A stretch of DNA of 64,000 bases. Origin: Camelus dromedarius (Eukaryota). Within the stretch, counting starts at the first letter, position 1. Each line of letters starts with the position of its first letter. The notes below the pieces were generated by a model. That model was not told the origin of the DNA. It did not search any database and worked only from the letters and a program-made list of their open reading frames with translations. Below, one piece after another: positions 10,986-22,859 of this stretch. The stretch covers positions 12,400,001 to 12,464,000 of the forward strand of contig NC_087436.1 in assembly GCF_036321535.1 (NCBI RefSeq), read 5' to 3'. A program made the position numbers and the translations under genes.

Positions 10986-13900
10986 GGTGTGGCGGGGGCC
11001 AGAGTTCGCTGCACGTCGATGGAAAGTTTGGCGGCGCGGCTGCCCCGAAGTTCAGAGTGACGACACGTCCACGTGCACCTGCCCTGAGCAGCAAGGCCTC
11101 CCCGGCGTCCCTGTCGTGGGCAGAAGGGCCCGCTGCTCGTCTGTGGACCCCTCGCAGTTGGCAGGCTCCCGCAGACGCGGGGTCTAGGCCTCCGCCCCAC
11201 CGCGTCCAGCCTGGGCAGCGGCCTCCAGGACACAGGCGGCAGAAGCAGCAGCAACGCCAGAGGCTGCAGTGGCGGCTGCGGCGGGAAGGCGGGAGTGGCA
11301 GGCAAGAGTGCAGCCGCCTCCGTAGCAGACGATGCCCCCACCTACCCAGCGTCGGAACAAGAGCGGCATCATCAGCGAACCCCTCAACAAGCGCCTGCGC
11401 CGCCCCCGCCCTCTCGCCCACAGCTCTTCCCTTGGGGGCAGTGGCGCTGGCAGCATGATGGGCGGGGAGTCTGCTGCAAAGGCTGCTGCGGCTGCAGCCG
11501 CTGCCTCCCTGTTGGCCAGTGGGCACGACCTGGCGGCGGACAAAAGCACGAACGTGGTGCTGTGGCCAGCCTGCTGGGCAAGGCAGAGCGGGCCGCGGAG
11601 CTGGCAGCCGAGGGACAGCTGACGCTGCGGCAGTTCGCGCAGTGCACGGAGATGCTGAAGCGCGTGGTGCAGGCGCGCCGACCGCGGGTGAGCGAGGCGG
11701 GCGCCCGGCCTGCCCGACATGGAGGCTTGGCGGGTGCCGAAGCCCTCAACTGGCCAGTCCGACTTCCCCTACCTGGGCGCCTTCCCCATCAGCCCAGGCG
11801 TCTTCATCATGACCTCGGCGGGCGTGTTCCTGGCTGAGAGCGCGCTGCACATGGCTGGCCTGGCCGGGTACCCCATGCAGGGAGAGCTGGCCTCCGCCGC
11901 CATCAGCTCCGCCGGGAAGAAGCGGAAACGCTGCGGCCTGTGTGCGCCCTGCCCGCGGCGCATCGGCTGCGAGCAGTGCAGCAGTTGTAAGAACCGAAAA
12001 GCTAGCCATCAGATTTGCAAATTGAGGAAATGTGAGGAACTCAAGCCTTCTGCTGCGCTGGAGGTAACTTACACGCCTTAGAGGGAGGTGTGTGGGCTCT
12101 TGCGCCTGTCCGGCAGTCCAAACCCACTCCTGCCCAGATCCACACCTTTCCTGCCTGGGCGAGTGTCTGTGGGATGCCCAGCCCATCCCTGGGCTCTAGG
12201 GTTTTAGGGCAGGCTCCAAGACACCGCTTCACTGCCCCACAAGTCAGAGCCACATCCTCAGATAGATGCCCGTTGGTTGTTTTGAGCTTAGGCAAGCATG
12301 AAATTCCAGGCAGGGGCCTAGCATTCTCTCCAAGCCCCCGGATTCTGAACCCCTCCTGGAGTTTTGGGTCAGGGATTGAGATTCCCACAGAGGTACTAAG
12401 TCTCTGACTTTCAGACATGTCCTAACGCTTCCAGTCCGTGACCCAAGATTCCGGGACTCTCCTCTGCCCCATTTGAGGGGTTCTGTCTGGTGGACCCTGT
12501 GGCTTTGAGGGGTAAGCCCTTCATTTGCCCTTTCAGAGACCAACTTTTCCCCCTGAGGCCACCCAAGGATAGAGCAGCTCCAGTGCTGACTGCTCTGCTC
12601 TGAGGCCTGGAAGAACCCTAGCTCTAGGCACCTAGTTAACAAATTTGGGGTGCCTTGGGACCCTAAGACCAGTCTGGCTGCATACTTAATGGCCAGGGGT
12701 CCTGTGGACGGGGCTGGGACCAGGGGATGGCTTGAGCCTGGAGTACAGGCAAGCCTTGGCCACTGTGGGATTGGCTTTGAGAAGGCAGAAGGGTTCCCAT
12801 GCTGTTTTCTCGCCACCCTTGTAGCAGGGCCTGTCCCATGCCCTCAGCCATAACACCTTGCTTTGGTGTCAGGCCTGGGTACAAAAGCAACTTTTCAGCC
12901 TGCTGACCCTGCCCTGTCCCCGCCCCTCTGAGAAAAGGGCTTGATGCAAATGTACAGAATGGCTGTAAAACAATGGCACCCCAGCCGTGGCTGTCCCCTA
13001 CCCCAAGCCCCAGCATGCATCTGCCCTCCTGTCCAGAGAACACACTTGTGTGCACACAAAGGCGCCTGCTCTCATCTAGTGTAGAGACAGTTACACACAC
13101 GCACACACACACACATACATCATGCCCAGTACCCAGTCTTATTACAGGCGCAGCTCTTAATAGACACCGCAAGCATCCTTCCTTCCTAGCACAGCTCCAA
13201 ACACGCTAATCACTGTAGCACAGCTCAAGGCACACACCTTGTATGTGTCCAGTGCACACGTGTACACGTACTCATTTGACAGAAACGTGACCGTAACTCT
13301 CAGATGCACCACAGGCACCTGGCGCTTGTGGCCTTTGGACCGGGGAAAGGAGTCTTCCTGTCTGGAAGGAGTGTTCCTGGGCACAGTGGCTCAGGAGGCC
13401 TCTGGGTGCTCCGGGCCCTCCAGTGGCCCAGCGGGTCAGGCTTCTCCTCTGGCCTGGCCAGGATGGCAGGAACTCCACGGGGTGGCCTCTGTTACTCCAT
13501 GCCCATCCCTCCATCGTGAGGCCATCCATGGGGTGAACATCTTTAACCAGGCCCAGCCAGACCCTGGGTGAACTCTCTCCTTGTTTTTGTCTCCTGTTCC
13601 TGCCAGAAGGTGATGCTTCCGATGGGAGCCTCCTTCCGGTGGTTTTAGTGATTGTGGCGGGAACCCAAAGCTGCCCTCTCTGTGCAATGTCACTGCTAGT
13701 GTGGCCTCTGGCAAGGGATTCAAGCAAAAACAAATGGATGCACTGTCTTTAGAACCAAAAATATTCTCTCGCAGATTTCATTCCTGTTTTTACATATATA
13801 TAGTTGTTGTTGTCATTTTAACATCTCCACGTCTCTAGTATAAAAAGAAAAAGAAAAAAATAATTAACTGATTTTTTGGAAGAACAACAAAAAAAGAGGT

Positions 13901-14627
13901 ACAGACGAATCTATAAAGTACTAAGACTTCCTGGGCAAAAAATGTACAATCAGTTTTCTTCCTGCGTCAGTGTCAACGTTGTCTGTGCAGAAGATGCAGT
14001 TTTTGTGTAGAAAATGTAAATTTTCTGTAACCTTTTGAAATCTAGTTGCTAATAAGCACTACTGTAATTTAGCACAGTTTAACCCCACCCTCATTTAAAC
14101 TGCCTTTGATTCTTTTCGACCATGAAATGGTGCATAGTTTGCCTGGAGGATCCACTCATGTTTATAGAGAAAGTTGATGGCGCCCTGTCAGCCCCTGGGT
14201 ACCCATCCACTCGTGCGGCGCTGCCCCGAGGAGCTCGCAGAGCGGGAGGGAGCAGCCCACCCACCCCCCGGGGCCCAGGCCTACCGTGCTGCACCCTCGG
14301 TCCCCAGAATGGGATCCCCCACCCCAACAGTGATGATTTTGTGTAAACGAAGGAAAGTTCTGTTCATTTATACATTGAGATCTGGGGAGCCCATGTCTCG
14401 ATATTTCTGAGCCTGGTTAATTCCCTTAGAGAAAATAAGGCCCTTTTTTCTGGCCTTTGCTGATGGCAACAGAAGAAGGGGCTTCTGTGCCTGGCCCGCT
14501 GCAGGTGGGGGTAGGTGCCGGGTTGGGGGCCTTGCCCATGGCCAGCTTCTCACTGCTGAACATGCTGTTTGTATTGTTTTAGGAAAGCAGGCTGTTTTGT
14601 GAATACAACAAATGCACGTTTGTGTCA
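10986..14627 (+). pseudogene. CXXC5: CXXC5 retrocopy (semi-processed pseudogene) with retained last intron
   Basis: CXXC5 peptides spread over two frames ([52 protein letters not shown] finger..PSAALE). Start codon position reads GCG at 11202. Frameshifts near 11336, 11546, 11706, 11728 and 11751. Last exon KVMLPMGASFRWF* at 13607-13648, then 3'UTR with a degenerate polyA signal AATACA at 14602. TSD aatataccacttta (10972-10985) / aatatatcacttta (14633-14646). Confidence 0.93.
12064..13606 (+). other. Retained CXXC5 intron inside the retrocopy (1543 bp)
   Basis: GAG|GTAACT directly after the AALE codons, and polypyrimidine tract ...ctcctgttcctgccAG|AAG directly before the KVMLP codons. Confidence 0.9.
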
Positions 14628-16025
14628 AGAAAAATATATCACTTTAAATAGCAAAACCCCACCCTCCAAAAATTAAGAAATAATTGAAGAAGAGTGTCAT
14701 TTAAATAGCATTGCATCCCATGGGATAACAATAAATACACTGGTATCTGGATCAGTCTCCTGGCTGTCCACCACCTGGCCTTGAAGTCAGTGACACATAT
14801 TCCGAAATTATGAATAATTGGCTTCTAGGTACGACTACAGCAGCAAAAAACTCCGAAATTCTCATTGTCTTATAGCAGCAAATATTTATTATTTGATCAT
14901 ATTATATGAGGGCTTGAGTCGACTGTAGCTCTTCTGGGCAATGCTCAACTCCACATGCCTCCTTGTTTCAAGTCTCTGGCTGAAGGACAGCCCCTGAGAT
15001 CCCCTTTCTCATGGCAGAGGGCAGAAACTGAGGAAGGCAGAACTAAAGTGCAAAAGTTCATTTAAAGTTTCTGCTTGGACGTTATTTGGATCCCATCCAC
15101 TCACATCCCATTAGCCAAGCCAAGTTGATAGGAAGTGTATATAATCTACCTGCAGGAAGGCAGAGCAAATGCAGGGAAGGAAAAATTGAATGGGCACCAA
15201 AGGCACAACTGATGTAAATAAAACAATAAGCACCTTGTCTAGAATATAAGACACATTCCATAGCTTTAGCTCTTACTTTCATTTTATTTTGTTGAATTAT
15301 CACACAGTCCTGAGAAATATCTTATTACAAGAAAATGATGATTCAGGGTAACCAAGTATCTTGTTTAAGGTTTTGTAATGGCAGCACTAGAACTTACAGC
15401 CAGGGATCCAGTCACCACAGAAAATGAATTTTCCACAATCACACAAGGTGATTATATGGAAACTGATCACAGAATTGACAGTGTCCTGTGAGAAAAATTC
15501 CAGTTCCCAACTGGAAAAGCTCTGGTAGCTTAATCAAGCTCCATTTGGTGAATTTTCTGTAGACTACTGTTCATTCCAAGCCTATAAGTCTATCCTTCAA
15601 GAATACTTTTCTCATTCTTTTCTATGACTCTAGCAGAAAATTTAACAAATAATTAATGAAGCCTTTCTGCTACGTGGAAAGCGTGGGGGAATAAATTCAT
15701 CAGCTGGCACTTTTGACCAGAATGTAGTTTCCTATTTCATTTTTCATAGCAGGACAATTTTTTACTGATTTGTTAAGTCAACCATTATCTGCTTGATAGT
15801 AGTGTTCTCATGTTAAAATAACAAACTAACATTTTGTTTTAAAATGTTTATCAAGCTTGAGAGTATGCTTAGAGTGAATTTGTTTTCTGGGGCTTGTTCC
15901 TATCAGATCCTGATAAAATCTAGATTATGGGTAAGCAAACAAATGACACAAACATATAACGTCCCAACTTCATGCCCTTCTACTCCAGTAGCGTTCTAAC
16001 TTTGCAGGGTCTCACGAAGCCTAAG

Positions 16026-16397
16026 TGTCATGGACTGAAATTTGTGTCTCTCCAAAATTTGTGTTGAAGCCCTAAACTTTGGTGTTTGAAAATGAGGACT
16101 TTGGGAAATAATTAGGGTTAGATGAGTTTCTGAGGTGGGGGTGCTCTCAGATGGAATTAGTGCCCTTACAAGAAGAACCAGAGCTTTCTCTCTCTCCCAG
16201 GGTGTGCACACGGAAGAAGTTATGTGAGCACCCAGGGAGATGTGGCAATCCCAAGCCAAAAGAAGGCTCTCCCCAAAACCTGACCATGCTGACACCCTGA
16301 TGTCTGACTTCTAGCCTCCAGAACATGAGAAAACAAGCTCCTGTCGCCCAAGGCACTCAGTGTATAGTATTTTGTCATGGAAGCCCTAGCTAAGACT
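16026..16397 (+). mobile_element. MaLR (MLT1-type) solo LTR
   Basis: Starts tgtcatggactgaa..tgtgtctctccaaaatt, contains attagtgcccttacaagaag, and ends gtattttgtcatggaagccctagctaagact. Confidence 0.8.
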
Positions 16398-17367
16398 TTG
16401 TGAGATAAATGAAAAACACCTGACACAGAGTAGGAGTTTTGTTGTTATTGTTGTTGTTTTTATGGGTTTTGTTTGTTTGTTTTTTAATGACAGCTGCTAG
16501 TTTTTTGGAGGGCAAGAGTGGGAGGAAAGATAAATGATGAGTAAGTCATAGTCACTAATCTTAAGAGTTTACAACCCGATTCTGAGCTTTCTGCGTATAA
16601 AAAAATGAAACAGCCAGGAACACACTTCCGTAGAATGTCTTTAGATATTTTTCACAGTGATCCCCAAGTTTAAGAAGCCAGCAGGATCCCCAGAACCATA
16701 TATCTTTTTTCATTCCTTTCTTAATTCATTGATTTCTATACTCATTCATTAAGTAAGTATTTATTGAGTAACTAATAGATGACAAACAGCATTAGGCACT
16801 GAAGCTGCAAAACTAGATAGGACGTGGGAGACCATTTTCTCTCTCTAGATTTTCACATCACCATGTCCATACCAGCTTTTATTAAGTGGATTAGCAAACA
16901 GTATGAGTCTCTATTATTCTTATGGAAATTGATATTCTTTGTTTAAATATCAGTAATTTTAAAAAGTTAATGTAGAGCTTTGCCTTCCTAATGTTTTATT
17001 GGAAAATAATATTATGAACAGATTTTGGTTTTATAAAATACACACCAATTAACCTCTCTGACTAGACTTAACAAGGATTCTCTAGACCCAGTTTAGCACT
17101 TTGATCGGACCTTATGTCATAAATATTTGAATGGAAACTTACTCTACACTTTCATTTCTTTCAGTAGATGTTCCCCTCACCCCTAACTCCCCCAGTTATT
17201 TGATCTTTCCTTGTAAAACTCACACATTTCTATGAGCCACTTCAAATCCTTTGTAGATGAAGCGTTTGCATAAAGAACAAAATTGTCTAGCATGTCGCTT
17301 GGAGAATAAAAGTGAAAGTAGCTCTTTTCATGGATCATAATATTCAAGTTGTTTTTAATAGCTGGCT

Positions 17368-17428
17368 TAATCTCAAATGCAATTCCATAATTAATATAAT
17401 CTCAAATGCAATTCCATAATTAATATAA
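17368..17428. repeat. Perfect 29-bp tandem duplication
   Basis: taatctcaaatgcaattccataattaata at 17368-17396 and 17397-17425, followed by taa. Confidence 0.95.
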
Positions 17429-18614
17429 ACTCTGAGCGCTTCAGAACTAAGAGTATATCATGGTCTACAGAAGTTATTTTGAAAAAAAATAGAAGGGTAG
17501 ATGTTAACTTTTCTGAACAGTTTATCAGTTAATAAATATTTAACGAATGTCTGACATTTTTAGGTATGAATTATGCAAGTTGAGACCAATTAAATAACAA
17601 TAAAAATACAATTTTTTTTCCTAGATAGCAAAGTGGTCAAGGCAGTTTTCTGCAGTCACACTTCAAACTGTATTTCTTGACCTCAGAGAATGTTGGGAAC
17701 AAAGACTAACATTTTTCCCCATTGAATTTCAGAGGAACCCAGAAGTTTTCTACTGTATTTTTCTCCAAGTCAAGCAAGATTCCTACTATACAACAAACTT
17801 GTTTAGCATTAAAACATGGTAGATTTATTAGTCACAATTAAAACTCCAGTGTTCTAATTTGAATGAAATAGACTTTTAATGCACTTTGGAGACATCAGCT
17901 TTTCAGCTATGTGGTCTTCTTGTGGGCCAACTCATTTGGGTCTTCAAAATACTTATAAAAACAGTGATCCTGTAGTGTAGAGAGAAGAAGCTTCAGTAAT
18001 GTCTTTTAACATTTATCTGTTTATCTGGCTGGCATCTTGAAGACTATCTAAATGAAGGCAAGAACTAGGCAAAGAAGATAATGAAAGTCTTCTCCATGGA
18101 TAGACTTCAGTTTTACGTTGTGATCATCTGTAAAAGAACTGGTATAAATTAGGCCAAAAAAATGCTAATGAGACCTCCACTCTCCTATAATAGATCACTT
18201 TAAGTTCTGAGAGAACATGCAAAGGAACGGGGCTTGAGTCGGTGGTATGAATTACTGAGCAGAGCAAAGCTGTAAGAAATGTCACCTTTAAGTGACCAAA
18301 CAAAGCATAAGTTCACTGTGGCTAAGCTGAAACAACTATTCATGAATTCAACTACAGGTTTCTAACTTTTCTGAAAAAGGAGTTTAAATTATGCCTTCTG
18401 GGAAAATCCCTGGTGCGTGGGAGTGAGTTACAGTTAACGTTTATATAACCTAGCATTTGTTGCAAAGAAATATGGCCATTTAAAATGTCAACCCTTGGTA
18501 AAAGCCAAAGGCAAAGCACCAGAAATTAACTCAGAAGAAAAAAACATTAATGAGAAGGTTAAGTTAATGTGGACTGTGTATGTGGCTTTATACACTTACT
18601 TGAAACTTGGTTAG

Positions 18615-18956
18615 TGCTACAGAATGAATGTTCGTGTCCCGCCACAACTCATGTTTCTATCCTATTGCCCAATGCGACGGTATCAGGAGGGGGAGCCTTT
18701 GGAAGGTGCTTAGATTATGAGGGTGGAGACCTCATGAATGGGATTAGTGCCCTTATAAAAGGGGCCTACAGAGCTCCCCAGACCCTCTATCAGGTAAAGA
18801 CACAAGAAGTCTGACACCCAGAAGAGGGCCCTCACCCAACCACATTGGCACCTTGATCTTAAACTTCAAGGCCCCAGAGCTGTTAAAAATAATTGTCTCC
18901 TGTTTATAAGCCACCCTGTGGTTTTTTTGTTCTGGCAGCCAGAATAGGCTAAGACA
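18615..18956 (+). mobile_element. MaLR (MLT1A-like) solo LTR
   Basis: TG...CA ends, cctcatgaatgggattagtgcccttataaaa, and perfect 5-bp TSD GTTAG at 18610-18614 / 18957-18961. Confidence 0.88.
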
Positions 18957-21900
18957 GTTAGTACCTAGGGGTCATAGCAGAATGACTGGTCTTACTGCAG
19001 CTTCTTTAGACACAAAATTGTGAACGTCAGGTTTTTTGATTGATTGCTTTATAGTCGTCAGCTCAAGACTGATACCTCCCGTAAATACCCACCCTAATCA
19101 TTGCTCGTGATACACTGATAGAATAACAGCAAAAACTAACACTTGCACAAACTATGTGCCAAGTACTATTTCAAGGCTGTCCCATATATTAACTCAAGTA
19201 ATTCTAATAGCAAACTAAGGGATTGCTGGTGTCAGTCTCTCTCTATAAAGAGGTTTGTATACTTTTCCAGTGTCACACAGCTCCGACGTGGTGACGTTGA
19301 TTCAAAGCCGAGATATCTCCCTCCACATTCTATGCCACTAACAACTGTGGTATATTTTTTTCCTGAGAGAGTGAGCCACATGATTTAGACTAGATAGTTA
19401 AGCTGGACAATCTGTTAAGTAGGTTTAAACTCATTTTGTGTTTGGGGTTTGTACAGTTTTAAAACCAAAACTAATGTACGAATTTAATACAAACAAAGCA
19501 ACGAAGTCAAAGAAATTCAAATTAGCAATATTAATTTAATATAAAGGATATTATTTTGCTAAACCTAAAATTAAAGTCAGCTTTAATAGTAGAATGATGC
19601 AACCCAAGTCCACTTTTACATTCAATCAGTTTCTGAATTGGCCTTTAATAACACAATGTAGAGATCAACTATGTGCCTGAGGGTGTTATAAAAATTTGGT
19701 AAATTAACTTTGTGTTTATTTTCTATATCAATTACTGTTCTTTTCAAATATAGGACAAAGCACAGGATTAACTTTAAGATGCGCCGTTTCAGTATTTGTA
19801 GTCTGTGAATGTATATATGCTGGGTATTACATAGATAAGAAAGGGACAAGGGATAGGAATTGGGGTGCAGCCATGCAGAGGGATGGATGGCTAACATAAT
19901 CAAGTTCTGTAAGAGGAAGTAGTGGTAGATATCTGGCAAGAAACCAAGATTATCAACTGCAGTGCATAAAACAGTGCTTCATTCTTCTTAAGTCTTTGTT
20001 CTCTAATATGTATTGTTAATAATGTGCTTTAGCTTTCCTCTGTCTACAAATATGGGCTCTGCCAACTCATCCTCTCACAACATGAATAGGTTCTGACTGC
20101 CACAATGCAAGTGTAATTTTGTTTTATTTTAAATTTGACATGTCTTTACTACCAAGAATGGGTGAGGACGAATTCTCTCACTACTTATTTCTATTTGAAC
20201 TCCTTTTAAAATCTCATTTATACAGAACATGGTGATGTCAGTTAGTCTTAACATGGACAGCCACATTTGTATAAGTTAATGCAAATAAATTTTGTGGCAG
20301 GGTTAGGTTATAAACTGATTCTAATATGCTTATTATATATATTTATTTATTTAATTTTAGAGTAAAAAATAAAATGTACAAATTCTCATAGAATACTCTT
20401 AGACCCACTAAAATATTTTCAGTTTGAAAAGTAATTTATGGTGAGAAACATATGGAACAACAAGCTAGGACTGTTGTGGGAGAGGCAAAAAATCAAAAAC
20501 AAAACTGACTAACCGGAGAATGCTCATTTATTGGAGGAGAGATGAGTGAAGACAGACTGACAGTTTAGGGGAGAAAAAAAAAAAACAAACCAAACAAGAC
20601 TTGTCTCTGACCACACATTTCTAAATGATTGCTTTATATTTTCTAAACAAAATCTTGAACAGGTTGTTATTTACACAAGCATTGGAAGATGGAAATTTTC
20701 CTGAAGAACAAATAGTTTTTCTTTGCCCTTTAGGAAATAACTCACCTAGCCCTTGACTTAAGCAGGTCATAGGTGGTTCCAGGCCAGATAACTGAAGAGG
20801 TATGGGAAGCATGAGGCCATGGGGAGGTCACGTCCCACCTTAGTTCTCTGCCGTCAGCCTCCCTACTTTGGGAGTGGCGGTTGGGCGACCACTGCTGATG
20901 CTGTTAGCAGATCGAGACAGACATCAACCAGAGACGTGTGCTGCTTTGCTCTGAAAGCAGATTAGGAGGGTAGAAGGGCTTTGGCTTCAACGTGAGAAGA
21001 TTAAAAAAAAAATATTCTGAATATTAAGGACCGATTTTGTCGCCTTAAGTCTCGTTAGTTGGGATCACGTGTTTTACAGAGTCTACAAATGAACAGCGGA
21101 CCGTCTACGTGAGCTGAAAGAGCTGACCCCCATCCCAGGTGCCTCCTTTGCAATCACAGGTGGCTTTGTGGGGAGATCTGGACACTTGAATTACAACTGG
21201 AAGAACAGATCTTTTTAAAGAACAGAGTATTAAAGGTCACTGAACTTTACACATTTCTGAAGATAGCGTTTTTACCTTGGCTTTTATACTGACACCAAGA
21301 ACTCAGGGTAGTGACTGTGGTTGGCCTGGAACAGGGTCTCAGAAGTCCTTAAGGAACATTTTTCGTATCCTCGACAAAATACTGTATTTTCTATAAACCA
21401 TGGTACCTCCCATTCAAATCTGAAGCAATGGCTGGTCAACAAATTCTCAGAAATCTATGAGTATGCATGCAAAAGCAAAGAAGGAGAGGACTCAGTGTTC
21501 CCCTTTGTGAGTGAGAAATAATAAGCATTTATGAAATGACTGTGTAAGAGCAATTCACCATTCGGGAAATGTGGATTGAAGTTACTTAGCCAAGCCCTAG
21601 CATTAGAGGTAAATGTGATACCCCTGTGGCTTCATCCACCCCTAAATATATCTAATACAGCCCAACGTGGCCAAGTATTTACTTATTGCTGCTTCTTCCA
21701 TTAATGAATTTAAAATGACTTGCAGCCCCAGTACCTTTTGGTTCTGACACATGGCTCTAATGGGAATTCACGCAGCTTAATCACTATTCACCTTGCTGAA
21801 AAATACGGCGCCATAAAGCCCAGTGGTGAAACCAGCCTCATGTGTTCTGACTGCTGTTCCTCGGGGTAATTAGTGGTGGTTCCAGTTGTTGCACTAGACG

Positions 21901-22859
21901 GCCCTATTATATTTCTATGTGCAAGAGGAAGAGGTCTGTTCACAGTAATAGTACGCTTGTGGGGAACAAGTTCTCTGAATGACTTAGGATTTACTTCTCA
22001 GTCTTTCAAAATGGGTTAAGATGAGTATTTTCCAAGTAAAGTGGCCTGGGAAGATTTTATTGCTTTGGTCAGTTCAAATTAAGAATATAAATTATTGAGC
22101 CTATACTTTAAGGTTCTCTTGCTTGAAATAGTTGACAGACAGATTGAGAGCTGAAAATGTCACTTCTTGGCAATGAACCAGCGCTGCAAAGTTACATTAG
22201 ATGAAACATAGATTTTCTATAGGGTTACATAACTTTAAAATTTAGCATTATTGTTGATTTATCTACAATATAAAAGGTAAAACATTAAAAAATCCCTTTC
22301 TGCTTTTTTTGCTTTATATTGGGATAATGAATAAAATTATTAATACTAATGGCTTTCTGATTTTTATATATTCCATTACAGAAACAGATGTACAGATACA
22401 AAGATATAATTAGACAGAACCCAGAACACCATTTAACGTTGCCAAGAAGATGTACACTTCTCTGAAAAAAGTGTGTTCCTGAAACATATACCTATAAAAC
22501 AAATTATTTTGAGTTATTCAGGTGTGTTTTGAAAGCTGGAGTTTTTGAAAAAATAAAGAGGTAAGTCTGTCTAGGCTAAAAGGGGGAAACAAAATCAGGT
22601 AGTAAATGAGCAAACTGGTATAATCACAATTCAGACTGGTTAATGTGCTTTGGAGTCAGACCTGTCTGGTTTGCATATCAGCCGTGCAGCTTTGGAGAAC
22701 TTAACATCTCAATGTCTTCATCTTTAAAATTAAATAATACTTTATAAGTCTTTATAAAGATTAAATAAATCTTACAAAGAAAGTCGCTCAGAATTTTAGA
22801 TATAGTGTATTTTTAATAATTGGTACTCATTAGATTTACTCAGTTGAAATTAATTTTAA

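Noticed and set aside
11202..13651. Possibility that this is the functional CXXC5 gene because it has an intron
   Set aside because: The start codon is lost, there are five frameshifts and flanking TSDs, and the context is repeat-rich DNA near NPY2R rather than the parental locus.
10933..14628. Many overlapping long ORFs on both strands (up to 197 aa)
   Set aside because: By-products of the GC-rich CXXC5 retrocopy and its intron, where stop codons are rare; only pieces in the CXXC5 frame have recognisable homology.
20750..21200. Locally GC/CpG-enriched unique stretch
   Set aside because: Too short and weak for a CpG island, with no ORF or splice structure; conservation data would be needed.
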